A DNA stretch of 36,470 nt, from assembly GCA_012862495.1 (NCBI GenBank), contig BLSG01000305.1:1-36470 (forward strand), written 5' to 3'. The translations under genes were made by a program, and so were the position numbers. Shown piece after piece: positions 11,301 through 22,085 of this stretch; the stretch's first letter is position 1, and each line of letters starts with the position of its first letter. The notes under the pieces are model-generated. The model did no database searches and was not told the origin of the DNA. It saw nothing but the letters and a program-made list of their open reading frames with translations. Origin of the DNA: Thraustochytrium aureum. Taxonomy: Eukaryota.

Positions 11301-13056
11301 CCCAAATTTTGAGCTCGCCGTCGTCCGCGCCGCTCACTAGCCCGCGACCCCACTCTGCAAGGCATCGGACGGGGTGCTTTTCAGAGTGCGCCCTAACGAC
11401 TTGCTCGAGCGCAAACGCAGCACGGCTGAACAGGCAGAGCTCTCCGTTGGCGGTTCCGGCCACAATGTTCTTCCCCAAAAAGCAGAGGCTCGTGAGAATT
11501 TGCAAGGAGGGACCGATCGCGGCAAGATCGGCGTCCATTTCGATGAACGAGTGGAGCTCGCGCGCCGCGCCGGCGTCTCCGCTTCCGAGGAACCGGGACG
11601 CGTACGTGTCGGCCTCGCGGAACGTATACAGCTTGGCGAACGAGGACCCGCACGCTGCAAGGACGTCGTCGTCGGGGGCCCAAGCAACGTCGTTGATGCT
11701 CTCTGCACTGATGTAGAGCGGGTCGACAACGCGCTCTTTGAGCGCCAATCCCAGACGTCGATAAACGTGTTCTTGCTCCTGTCGGTGCAAGTTCGCGTCG
11801 CGGCGACCGCCTCCTTTCTGTTGCAAGCGACGGCCAAGAGCTGCCCGCTCCGGCTAAACGCAAGATGCGCCATGCCCGGCATGGCCTTGAGGATCGCCTC
11901 GGCGTGCGGCCGCACGCTCTCGCCGACGAGAGCGCTCTGCTGGTTCCAGGTCCAGATGTGGACCTCGCCCGAAACGTCGGCAGAGGCGATGACGCGGCCG
12001 TTCGGGTGCACTTCCACGGCGACGACGTTGTCAGCGTGACCAGAGTAAACCATCTGCGACAGCTCGGTGCTGTGACGGACCACGACGCAACTCCCGACTG
12101 GGTACACAATCCGCTCCCGGTTGGCGTCGACGTATTTTGCTGTGTTGTGGCCCGTGCGGCCCGAATATCCGTAGACCCAGTCAATCTCTAAATGGCCCTC
12201 GAAGAGGCTCTTGCAAGGTCCGTACTGCCCCACAGTCATGCTGGCGTAGGCCGCAGCTGCCTGGGTCTCTGCGTCTTGCCTGCGCGGACCTCCTGGNNNN
12301 NNNNNNNNNNNNNNNNNNNNNNNNNNNNNNNNNNNNNNNNNNNNNNNNNNNNNNNNNNNNNNNNNNNNNNNNNNNNNNNNNNNNNNNNNNNNNNNNNNNN
12401 NNNNNNNNNNNNNNNNNNNNNNNNNNNNNNNNNNNNNNNNNNNNNNNNNNNNNNNNNNNNNNNNNNNNNNNNNNNNNNNNNNNNNNNNNNNNNNNNNNNN
12501 NNNNNNNNNNNNNNNNNNNNNNNNNNNNNNNNNNNNNNNNNNNNNNNNNNNNNNNNNNNNNNNNNNNNNNNNNNNNNNNNNNNNNNNNNNNNNNNNNNNN
12601 NNNNNNNNNNNNNNNNNNNNNNNNNNNNNNNNNNNNNNNNNNNNNNNNNNNNNNNNNNNNNNNNNNNNNNNNNNNNNNNNNNNNNNNNNNNNNNNNNNNN
12701 NNNNNNNNNNNNNNNNNNNNNNNNNNNNNNNNNNNNNNNNNNNNNNNNNNNNNNNNNNNNNNNNNNNNNNNNNNNNNNNNNNNNNNNNNNNNNNNNNNNN
12801 NNNNNNNNNNNNNNNNNNNNNNNNNNNNNNNNNNNNNNNNNNNNNNNNNNNNNNNNNNNNNNNNNNNNNNNNNNNNNNNNNNNNNNNNNNNNNNNNNNNN
12901 NNNNNNNNNNNNNNNNNNNNNNNNNNNNNNNNNNNNNNNNNNNNNNNNNNNNNNNNNNNNNNNNNNNNNNNNNNNNNNNNNNNNNNNNGCGACTGCTGTT
13001 GGTGTTGCTGCTGCTCGTTCTGCGTGTGCTGTTCCGGTTGTCGATAGAGTCCCCAT
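5392..13056 (-). CDS. Echinoderm microtubule-associated protein-like (EML5/EML6-type; three HELP/WD40 TAPE units), broken by 3 gaps and 3 frameshifts
   Basis: HELP motifs LEIDWVYGYSG (~12170) and ASLDWVYGHSAG (~7120). A third unit begins in the gap at 9507-9669 (followed by TAVRYLADHNLAYPAAAVVVV). EML-typical segments include SHSGDEIWGLAVHP, GHSSIVAHLDW, DLEWATWSSPKGWPVGG and YPC. Assembled from ORFs 11337-12239, 9475-11826, 8469-9446, 6617-8776 and 5392-6699. The start at 13056 is tentative because it lies beyond a gap. Confidence 0.85.
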
Positions 13057-13411
13057 CGGGTAATTAATCGATTAATTTCGGATTAAGTGTAGTACGCACG
13101 GGTTGAATTTAAGACTATAAAGGGAGTTGAGGTTTGCCCGAGGAATCTGTTCTAGGCGGCGGCCTTTAACCGTCATTTTTAAGGACAACGTGCCCGGAAA
13201 GGCAGCGTGGAACGCCTTAAATACATGCGGCGCGCTGTGCCCACAAGGGCTCCTTGGATTGGGCTATGGCTGGTGATGAGCGCGGCGCGCCTCGGGCCCA
13301 GGAGCGCTGTGCTGGGTTTTGATTGAGTGGCCGCCTTGCGCTAGACGCCTTGCGATGGCTGCCTTTGGCTCGCCGCCTTGCGTTGACTGTAAATTGAATT
13401 AGGCTTGCGCG

Positions 13412-14051
13412 TTATGATCGGCGCACCCAGGCAAGCATCCATGAACGTGCTGCGGCGGAAGCGGCGGTGCCTGCGAAGGAGAGTCGTGGCTTCGGCTGGG
13501 GGTCGAGCGGGAGCGCGACGGGCTTGATATCCGTGAGGAGCACCCAGTCGTCGTTTGCGGTTGCGGTTGCGCCATCTAGATGACGGGGACGAGCGCGAGC
13601 GCCGCCCTTGGATTTAGGCAGGCGCTTGCGCTTTGTGCGAGCGAAAGGCTCGTCAAAGTCAAACATGTCGCCCAGCACCGGCATGCGCACGATTGGCGGA
13701 GCATCTGTCTCTTCACTGTGCTCTTGCTCGTCCATCACAACGCTCCACTCGCAGTCCGCAAGTGCCTCATCGTACGCCTCGACGCATTCTTTATGACCCA
13801 AAACATCGTCATGGGCGAGTACATTTGGCAGACGAGCCTTCCGTTGCGTCAAGCCCATGCTGACCCAGGCGCTCGTCACGCGCAGTGCCACGTGCGCCTT
13901 GCAGCCGCCCTCCGAGGCTACTCGAGAGCAGCAAGCCCTCCGCCGCCCTTTCGCTGATGACTGACTGGACAAGCTCTAGAGGCTCTGCCAGTGGTGCTGT
14001 GTTTCTGGCCCACAACTCGAACACGCTGTTGCCGCAACACTGCAATGTCAT
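13412..14051 (-). CDS. Hypothetical protein (probably one gene with a frameshift near 13825)
   Basis: ORF 13412..13972 has a protein-like acidic/basic C-terminal part. ATG 14051 (MTLQCCGNSVFELW) joins it if one base is removed from the T-run at 13824-13826. An alternative start is MGLTQRK (~13859). No family recognised. Confidence 0.4.
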
Positions 14052-14187
14052 TGATGTTGTTCCATGTGCGATCCGCAATGGATCCGCCAAAAAAGAGCGA
14101 GCTCGTTGGAAGACGAGGCCCGCGACGTGCAGAAGCAGAGCGGCAACCGCGGGGGGCTCTCGGCGGCGCGCGGTTGCTCGGGGCTCT

Positions 14188-14252
14188 CTGGCTGGCTGGC
14201 TGGCTCGCTGGCTGGCTGGCTCGCTGGCTGGCTGGCTCGCTGGCTGGCTCGC
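14188..14252. repeat. (GCTG/GCTC)n tetranucleotide microsatellite
   Basis: Directly visible in the divergent intergenic region. Confidence 0.9.
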
Positions 14253-14397
14253 GGCCGGGCTAGCCGCGACTGGTTGACCAGCAGGGTGGGACGGATTAGC
14301 GTCGACGGGGCAGCACGCTCCACGCGCGGCCGAGACAGACCCAGTCGGCAGCGCGGACCGCGGGAGCCGAGCTGGCCAAGCGGCGTGACGCGGCAAG

Positions 14398-15273
14398 ATG
14401 ACGCTGTGGGCGCAGCTGCAAAGCGTCGGCAAGGAGGACTGGGTGCTGCAGTTTGACACGAGACGGCGGTCGCAGTTTTCGATCGGGCGGCACCCATCCT
14501 GCAGCCTTGTCCTGAATGACATGCACATCTCAAGCAAGCACATCTCCATTTCTCAGCGGCTCTCGCCGGAGGGTCTCCGCGAGGTCATCGTGGAGGACTC
14601 TAGCTCGAACGGAACGTGGATCGACGGTGAGAAGCTGGACCGCGGCGTCCCCGTGCGATTGCTGAGCGGGTCGGAGATCGCCTTCCCATGCGAGGACATC
14701 GACCGCCGCAACTATACGTTTAGCTTTAGCGTCCTCGTGGACGTCAACGAGCCCGTTGACGATGAATCGGACAACTCGGCGGCCAGTAGCTCGCCAGCGG
14801 CGATGGTGCCGGCAGCGTCCAGCCCGCTGAGCAGCCAGGAGGCGAGCTACGCGCACCTTGAGCAAAAGCAGAGCTCGGAGCAGTGGCGCGAGTTGGAGCG
14901 GCTGCAAGACCAACTCGCGCTGGAAGCTTCCCGCCTCGCCGCAAGTGTACACTCAAACCGGGACGCGATGCGCGAACTTGCTGCGGCAACCGCGAGCTTT
15001 GGCGCGGAGGACCCGCGCGACGGACGGACGGTCGAGCTGGGGGGCGCGGGCGAGGCTTTGCGCGAGGCGCAGGCTGCCAACGATCACCTTACAAACATCA
15101 TTCAGTCCATGGTGGGCTCGATGCGGAGAGCCAGAGACGCGCTGTCTAGGCTTCCCGGGGTGGGCGAAAAGGACCGAGAGGAGGTCTTGACTGCCTTGTC
15201 GGCCGAGCGATACGAGGCAGCTTTGGACGAGCTCCTTGGCAGTGAACGCACCCGGGCGCGCGAGAGTTCTTAG
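14398..15273 (+). CDS. FHA-domain protein with C-terminal coiled coil
   Basis: FSIGRHPSCSL...HISSKH...VEDSSSNGTWIDG...LLSGSEIAF contains the FHA hallmark GR, SxxH and NGT motifs. Confidence 0.9.
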   Translation: MTLWAQLQSVGKEDWVLQFDTRRRSQFSIGRHPSCSLVLNDMHISSKHISISQRLSPEGLREVIVEDSSSNGTWIDGEKLDRGVPVRLLSGSEIAFPCEDIDRRNYTFSFSVLVDVNEPVDDESDNSAASSSPAAMVPAASSPLSSQEASYAHLEQKQSSEQWRELERLQDQLALEASRLAASVHSNRDAMRELAAATASFGAEDPRDGRTVELGGAGEALREAQAANDHLTNIIQSMVGSMRRARDALSRLPGVGEKDREEVLTALSAERYEAALDELLGSERTRARESS

Positions 15274-15394
15274 AGAACATTTCTGCTAACTCTACTTGTG
15301 ATTGCCAGGGATGGGCTCGGCGGAGGGCTTGCTCGCTGCAAGTCTCCGGTTGCCCCCCAGCGAGCGCAGCGCGGGCTGGCCTTCGTTCCACTGA

Positions 15395-16261
15395 CTAGTG
15401 AAAAGACGCGACGGACGACAGTGGCTTGCGCAACGTGGTGTCGTCGCGGTACGGTACGGTAGCGCCCTCGGAGGGGTACCCAATCGGGAGAAGCAAAAAC
15501 ACCTTTTCATGCTCTGGCCGCCCGAGCGCCTCGCGGATCCCCTTCTCCGCTCCCATCGGAGTCGACGTCAGCGTGCAGAGGCCAACGTTGGTCAGCGCAG
15601 CAAGGAACAAGCCCACTGCCAACCCAACGCTTTGCTCGACGTAGTAGTGCTCCAGCCGGTTGCCCTCGTTGTCGACGCCGTGCGACTGCTTCATCACCAC
15701 ACAGAGCAGCGGCGCCTCGGTGAGGTACGGCTTTTGGACCTTGTTCTGGTCGTGGAGGCCGGTGACGAGGCTTTCCACGTCCTTGACCCAGGAGCGGCGC
15801 ATTCGGCGGTCGTAGTTGATTTGCTCCTCCTTTTCGACAAGCTCGCGGATCGTTTCCTTCAGCTGTGGCGTCTTGACAATGCAGAACTGCCACGGCTGGC
15901 AGTGCGCGCCGCTCGGCGCGGTCCCGGCGGCCAGGATGCAGTTGTTGACCACATCCTCGGGGACAGGATCCGTAGAGAAAAAGCGGAGCGATCGTCTCTG
16001 ATTGAGGAGCTCGAGGAGCGCCAGACTCCTGACACGCATGGCTGCTTCCGGTAACCTTTCGGATTGCACCTTGATGTGTCCATTCTCCATCGGTTCGCCG
16101 CTCTGGCGCAGAAACTGCACGCGCAAACCCTGTTTGGCGGCTTGCGCGCATTGCTCGGCCTCCGCCAGAGCCCTCCTCCTCGCCCTAAGAGCGAGCACCG
16201 CTGTCGCGAGCGCCCCGGCGAGTGCGGCAAGTCCCGCCCACTTGGCCGCATCCGGCACCAT
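15395..16261 (-). CDS. IYD: Iodotyrosine deiodinase (FMN-dependent nitroreductase family) with N-terminal membrane anchor
   Basis: RRSLRFFS, AGTAPSGAHCQPWQF, EEQINYDRRM, KPYLTEAP, HYYVEQSVG, TSTPMG and GRPEHEKVFLLLPIGYP match IYD-specific motifs. ATG 16261 precedes the hydrophobic WAGLAALAGALATAVLAL. Confidence 0.92.
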   Translation of the reverse strand: MVPDAAKWAGLAALAGALATAVLALRARRRALAEAEQCAQAAKQGLRVQFLRQSGEPMENGHIKVQSERLPEAAMRVRSLALLELLNQRRSLRFFSTDPVPEDVVNNCILAAGTAPSGAHCQPWQFCIVKTPQLKETIRELVEKEEQINYDRRMRRSWVKDVESLVTGLHDQNKVQKPYLTEAPLLCVVMKQSHGVDNEGNRLEHYYVEQSVGLAVGLFLAALTNVGLCTLTSTPMGAEKGIREALGRPEHEKVFLLLPIGYPSEGATVPYRDDTTLRKPLSSVASFH

Positions 16262-16725
16262 TTTGTCAGCTCGGTGCTCTCGTACTCTCGCTGCCCGACA
16301 ATCAGGCCAGGCGCACCGCCCCAAACGCCCGCCTTCTCCGTCTCCCAGGGTCACTGGCGGTGGACGTCGTCTGCGCTGGCCGCTGCCGCGCCCTTGCGTC
16401 CAAGCGATTTCGGGGTTGGCGAGACCTCGTGCGTCGCGCCCAGGCCCACAAAAACGGCACAAGGTGGACGGTCGGTCGGTCGATCCCACAGCGGTGTCCT
16501 GCTCAACCGCGCCGAGACCAAAAGCAGTGCGGGTCGATAGAAGGCCGCTGGGTCCTCAAGCCCGAAGCGCGCCCCATCGCAAGCGGCCCCAAAAAAGCGC
16601 GCTTTTGTACCGCCCCGCAAAAACGCATCGGTAAAATAGAGGGTCTTCGTAGCGGTATATCCGTTGGCACAGAGCAGCGTGTGCACTCTCTCGATCGAGG
16701 CGAGGACCATGTGCGCATTTTCGCT

Positions 16726-16750
16726 CGTGCGTGCGTGCGTGCGTGCGTGA

Positions 16751-16825
<75 letters not shown>

Positions 16826-16827
16826 CA
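16726..16827. repeat. Compound microsatellite (CGTG)6 + (AGGC)19
   Basis: Directly visible next to the gap at 16848-17148. Confidence 0.95.
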
Positions 16828-17152
16828 CCGACGTGGCAGGCTGCTGCNNNNNNNNNNNNNNNNNNNNNNNNNNNNNNNNNNNNNNNNNNNNNNNNNNNNN
16901 NNNNNNNNNNNNNNNNNNNNNNNNNNNNNNNNNNNNNNNNNNNNNNNNNNNNNNNNNNNNNNNNNNNNNNNNNNNNNNNNNNNNNNNNNNNNNNNNNNNN
17001 NNNNNNNNNNNNNNNNNNNNNNNNNNNNNNNNNNNNNNNNNNNNNNNNNNNNNNNNNNNNNNNNNNNNNNNNNNNNNNNNNNNNNNNNNNNNNNNNNNNN
17101 NNNNNNNNNNNNNNNNNNNNNNNNNNNNNNNNNNNNNNNNNNNNNNNNTTCT

Positions 17153-18535
17153 GTGGAGAAGGCCGCAGTGCTCGAGTTCAAGAGGATGGTCCACAACGAG
17201 GTGAACGCTATGCTGCGCACGTGCACGCGGAGCAAGGTGTCGGAGCAGCACCTCCGCAGACTTGAGGATGAGGTTAGGCGCCTCTCCGTCTCGAGCGCGT
17301 CGAAGCTCGTAATTCCGCTCAAGTTCAAGGCGCCGGCAGGCGACGAGGCCTTGCCGCCGTCCTCTCACCAACGACGAAGCGATCTGCCTGACGATGACTA
17401 CCAGGTCTTGATTGAGGCTGATCGCGTCGAGTTTCTGGCGAGTGAGCAGCGGAAGCGCAACATGGAGCTGAAGAAGAAGGCCCAGGTGCGCCAGGTCCTT
17501 GACGAGCAGGTTGCCGCGTGCCGCGCACAGCGCGAAGCAGAGCGCAAGATGGAGGAAGCCTACGGCAACGAGCTTTTGCGCCAGGTCCAAGAGCACCGGG
17601 CACAGGCGCTTCGGGAAAAGGAGGCCAATGACGCGCGCAACAGGCTAGACAAAGAGATGCGCGACAAGCAGTTGTCTGATCACAAGCAGGCTCTGGCTCG
17701 CGCTGAGCAACGCCAGAAGCGAGAGGAAAACCGCGAGCTGCAGCGCATCCGTGACGACCTCGACGCCGAAAAGCGCACCAAGCAGGCCAAAGTGCGCGAG
17801 CAGGCCGAGTACATGAAGAGCGTGCAGATCGCGAACGAGCAGCAGAAAAAGATTCGCGACGAGCAAAAGCTCGCCGAGTGGGAGGACGACCGCCGCAGAA
17901 GCGAGCAGCACGCAGAGCTCCTGGCGCTCGCAGAACGCAAGCGACAGGCCAACCTCGAGTCCATCAAAAGCCGCAGCTCGAGAAACCAACAGCAGTATAT
18001 CCAAGCTACTGCCGCGCGGGATGCAAAGCTCCGCGAGGACGAGGAGCGAGCGGAGCGCTGCTTTCGTGAGCGCGTTGCAGCGGAGGAGAGGCAACTCGTA
18101 ATGGAACGTGAGAGGCGGAGCAAAGACCTGCACGACATGCACGCGACACTTTCCGAACAGATAGCGCATCGTGAGCGCAAGACCCAAGAGGAGCGCGAGG
18201 CCTTTTTGGCGGCAGCGCGCGAGGCTCGCCAAGAAGCTGAGCGCCAACGCGAGATCGAGCGCAAGGCAGCCGAGGATCGCCAGCGCAAGGCCGAGCAGCT
18301 CCGCGAAGCACTCGACGAGCAAGTCCGCTCCAAGCGCTCTGCCGAGGAGGCGCCGACCAAAATGTCGGAGGCAGAGAGACTGTTCAACGCGCCTCGGTTT
18401 CGCGAGGTGGATGGAGACCCCGTGTTGCGCGAGGCAGTCAAGCGGGGTTTCAAGCAAACCCCGAAGGAGCTTGTTGCGGCGGCCAAGGAGCAGCGCCGCA
18501 AGAACCTCGTCGTGAAAAAGGACTACCACTTCTGA
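17153..18535 (+). CDS. Charged coiled-coil protein, trichohyalin-plectin-homology (TPH)-like; possible flagellar microtubule inner protein; 5' end probably in the gap
   Basis: 460-codon ORF rich in E/R/K/Q with LDEQV motifs (RQVLDEQVA, REALDEQVR) and a terminal MSEAERLFN motif, typical of TPH/Mn-motif ciliary proteins. Confidence 0.7.
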   Translation: MEKAAVLEFKRMVHNEVNAMLRTCTRSKVSEQHLRRLEDEVRRLSVSSASKLVIPLKFKAPAGDEALPPSSHQRRSDLPDDDYQVLIEADRVEFLASEQRKRNMELKKKAQVRQVLDEQVAACRAQREAERKMEEAYGNELLRQVQEHRAQALREKEANDARNRLDKEMRDKQLSDHKQALARAEQRQKREENRELQRIRDDLDAEKRTKQAKVREQAEYMKSVQIANEQQKKIRDEQKLAEWEDDRRRSEQHAELLALAERKRQANLESIKSRSSRNQQQYIQATAARDAKLREDEERAERCFRERVAAEERQLVMERERRSKDLHDMHATLSEQIAHRERKTQEEREAFLAAAREARQEAERQREIERKAAEDRQRKAEQLREALDEQVRSKRSAEEAPTKMSEAERLFNAPRFREVDGDPVLREAVKRGFKQTPKELVAAAKEQRRKNLVVKKDYHF

Positions 18536-18735
18536 ACTTGGGCCGCGCGTTTGTGAGGCGCGCATGCGAGCCCTAGCGCTGGCGGCGCTGCCGCGGTCCC
18601 GCCCGCGCAAGGTTGCGTAAATAGAGGCTCAACGTATGAAGGTTGCGCCCAAAGCAAGATCAAAGGCTGTTGTTCTCGATTGTTCAATCACAAGGCGATT
18701 ACCCTACGGAAGCGCCGCACGGTCCGCAAGACTCG

Positions 18736-19564
18736 CTAGGCAGAACGCGCCTCGAGCGCCTCCAACCGCTTGAGCACCGCGTCCAGCTTGCTCCCAAGTT
18801 CAGACTCGACAGTGGCGACCCGCTCGGTCAGCGTGCGCATGCTCTGCGCGACAAACTTGCCCATCACGTCAAGCTCGACGTTGACCTTGTCGCCAACTGC
18901 CTTGTGCGGGACAATAATTTTGGTCTGCGTGTACTGCACGAGCATGAACGTAAACCAGCCCTCTTCTTGGTTCACCTCGCAGATTGTGAGGCTCGTGCCA
19001 TCGATGGCTACAAACCCCTTTGGTACGACGTAGGCGAGGAGGTCGGGTTCGAGTTTGATCTTGATCCAGAGCGACTCGCCCTCCGGGGTCTTGGAAAGGA
19101 TCTCGCCCGTTCCGTCGACGTGGCCTTGGACGTAGTGGCCGCTGTTGCGGTCTCCCATCTTGGCGGCACGCTCCATGTTGACCTTGTCGCCGGGCTTGAG
19201 CGCAAGGAGGTTCGTCTTGCGAATCGTCTCTGGCGCCACGCCAAAGCTGACAGTCTTGTCGTCAAACTTTGTCGCCGTCAGACAGGTCCCGTTCACAGCG
19301 ATGCTGGCGCCCAGGTAGCACCCGTCGAGGCACACAGAGCAAGCCACGACGAGCACGTAGCCTTTGCCAGTCGACCTTTGCGCGCGCGAGCGAGCTCTTC
19401 GCCGTCAGCCCCGCTTCCGCCAGCGCCACCGAGCGTCCAAGTTCGCCCGAGAGCCTTCCCGCTGCCATCCTGCGCCGCCCAACTCACCCGTCCCAGAGCT
19501 CCAGGGCGTCCTGCTCTTCCATGGCCACGACTTGGCCCATCTCCTCCACAATCCCTGTAAACAT
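18736..19564 (-). CDS. ribE: Riboflavin synthase (alpha chain); exons 19564-19488 and 19375-18736, 238 aa
   Basis: Starts with the invariant MFTGIVEEMG; also GASIAVNGTCLT, VNMERA, GHYVQGHVDG, KGFVAIDGTSLT and VNVELD. Splicing out a 112-nt intron gives an uninterrupted frame (...ELWDG/STGKGYVLVV...). Confidence 0.95.
19376..19487 (-). other. Spliceosomal intron (112 nt) in riboflavin synthase
   Basis: Minus strand reads GTGAGT donor, GCTGAC branch-like site (19409-19404) and CAAAG acceptor; its removal restores the frame. Confidence 0.9.
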
Positions 19565-20017
19565 CCTGCCTTTCGCGCGCGCCTGTTCTGCTTGTCACCG
19601 AGCTCGCGCGTGCGTCTTGAGCGCAGACTCTTCGCGCAGCCGCGGCCGGAGACTCGCGTGCAGGACGGGCTCTTCGAGAGGCGCGCTGGTGGTCTCCTCG
19701 CGCGGGGTTGGAGGACTGACTGGTGGGCGGACACGGCCGGACCTGCCTGGGCTTCGCGCCGAGCCCGTCGTGCCGACCTTGTTGAAGAACACCGACGGGC
19801 GCCGCGGGGCTGTCCGGCCGCATCAGGACCAGGCACGGGCGACCCATCGGCGACTCGCGACGCATTGTGCATTCATTCGATGGGCTGGGGCTTTGCCTGC
19901 CTTCCTCCAGGGGAGCGGCAAGCGCCAGCAACTCCACGGACTCATGAGAGTTGCGCTTCTTGAAGAACGAGCACTTCCTCTTGAAACCAGCAGCACGTGG
20001 AGTGCTGCGCGAGCCAC

Positions 20018-20056
20018 GGCAGGCAGGCAGGCAGGCATGCAGGCAAGCAAGCGAGC
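20018..20056. repeat. Degenerate (GGCA)n microsatellite
   Basis: ggcaggcaggcaggcaggcatgcaggcaagcaagc. Confidence 0.8.
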
Positions 20057-20137
20057 CTGCGTGGCGTTGGCTGTCTGCTCAGATGGCGGTGGAATAGGTA
20101 ACATCCTTGGCTTTACGTCAGTGAGGTCCAGGATCGG

Positions 20138-22085
20138 TCATGCTTGAAGCTCTTTGGAAGGCTCGACCGCGTCGTTCCTGGAGCAAGGCATCCGCCTCGC
20201 AAGCGCCGATCGAGACCGCGCATAGGCCTCTGGACGCAAAACTCGCACGGCTAGCAGAGCGAGCAGGCAGGCGGCGGCGAGGCCGCCAACGACACCGCCA
20301 GCAATTGCTCCTACGTTTTTGCACGGCTTGGTGGCCACGGCCGTCGCATCCGTGTTGTCTTGGAAGCAACTCGGTACGGGCCAAGTGCTGCCCGTGGCAA
20401 CGCCGCCTTTGACGCCCTCGCATTTGTAATAGTTTTCGTGGTCCCCGGTCCCTGCGTTCACNNNNNNNNNNNNNNNNNNNNNNNNNNNNNNNNNNNNNNN
20501 NNNNNNNNNNNNNNNNNNNNNNNNNNNNNNNNNNNNNNNNNNNNNNNNNNNNNNNNNNNNNNNNNNNNNNNNNNNNNNNNNNNNNNNNNNNNNNNNNNNN
20601 NNNNNNNNNNNNNNNNNNNNNNNNNNNNNNNNNNNNNNNNNNNNNNNNNNNGATGCGCGTGCGGCGGTGCTCGCGCCAAAACCCGACGGTGCAGCACCCC
20701 TTGCGCCAGCAAACTGCGCAAGGCAGTGCGACGAAAACGGCAACGCCGGCCAAGATCAGCAGGCTAAAGTAAGTGACAAACGGGTCGTAGATCTCCGAGG
20801 GGAGATTTGGAAAGCGCTCCTCGAAGCTCCCAGGCTCCTGGCAATGTGTCACCCGCACGTCCTCAAATACAATGCCATCGATCGGGTAGTCCGGGTCAGC
20901 GAGGATCACCCCAGGGCTCCCATGCGGGTTGCGGATCTCGATGTTGCGGAACACGAGGTTGGAGTAAATCTTGTCCTTTTGCCCGGCACACTCTGCGCCA
21001 GGAATGAGCGGCCAGCAGATTGAGCACGGGTTTGCATAGCAAAGGTCGCGCGTGTCGGACTGCTGAGCAGGGCCGACCCAGATGGGCCACTGCGAGGCGC
21101 CCTCAATCAAGATGTTTTCGTAGGTGATGTCGCTGATGGTGCCGGGATTTTCGTTGCGGCGAAACTTGAGGTAGATTCCCTTGTGCGTGTTGTGCAGCAC
21201 GCTGTCCCGAAACGTCACGTTGCGCACGTTAGAGCCGCCAATGGACCCGATCGTGAGGCCCACGCCGCTCGCGTTGACGCGCTCGATCAGGACGTTCTCC
21301 GTTCCATCCTTGACGGCAATACAGTCGTCCTGGCTGTACACGGACACATCGTGCACGTGGATGTTGCGACCGGTAAAGTCAAAGCCGTCCGTGTTGAACG
21401 CAGTGAGGTCCAGCAACTTGTGGCTGTCGCGGTTGGTGCGGCGCGCAGAGATGTGCGAGTGGCGGATCACCAGCCCGTCAACGCGCCGAAACATGGTCGT
21501 CCAGTACGGCGGGTCAATGAAGAGCAGGTTCTCAACCACCACGTCGCTGCAGTCTGTCGTGGCGAGAAGCCGCGGCCGGTCCTCCTCGCGGATGACGTAG
21601 CCGATGCCCGGAAGCCCCCACCACCGATGCCCGTTCCCGTCGAGCACGCCTAGCTTGCTTTTCGACGTGAACGTCAGGTTGCGAGACTGGGTGAACTCGA
21701 TGCATTCCAGGACGTGTCCGGCACTTGGGGTTGCGTGGCCTCCCTCTTGACCGATGTCGGTGCGCCCAGCGCTTCGTGGCCACTCGGAGAGTTCGTCGCT
21801 GAAGCGCAGCGTGCCGTCGATGCTAACGACCACGTCAGAGATGTTGTGCACGTGAATCCCGCCCATGGTCGTGTACGTCTTGCCTTGCTCGATCACGAAG
21901 ACGTCGCCGGGCTTGAGCGCGTTCAGCGTCGTGTTGAGCAGGCTTCCGTTCGCCCATGCCACCTCCAAACCGTCGCTGCCGGCAACGCCGCCAACGTCGC
22001 CAAACTTGATCTCCCTCGCGCATGCGGTCGTTGCCAGACTTGCGAAGACCGCCCAAGCGACGCATGCCCAACTCGTCGGCCCCAT
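20138..22085 (-). CDS. Glycoside hydrolase family 28 (polygalacturonase-like) with signal peptide and C-terminal transmembrane segments; contains a gap
   Basis: Signal peptide, DGNGHRWW, PPYWT, FNTDGFD, QDDCIAVK, GLTIGSIG, NVTF, GIYLK, ISDITYENI. After the gap at 20462-20651 the coding frame is the one ending at 20138 (YYKCEGVKGGVATGSTWPVPSCF...TM...ELQA*), not the one ending at 20118. Confidence 0.88.

Noticed and set aside
11709..11731. Possible 23-nt micro-intron (GTTGTC...CATCAG, minus strand) that would repair the EML frameshift
   Set aside because: The donor is poor and there is no branch site, the one clear intron in the window is 112 nt, and a single missing base in an A- or C-run explains the shift like the other sites.
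12192..13067. ORFs made mostly of X (also across the gaps at 6155-6549, 16848-17148, 25298-25560 and 33849-34593)
   Set aside because: Artefacts of translating through N runs.
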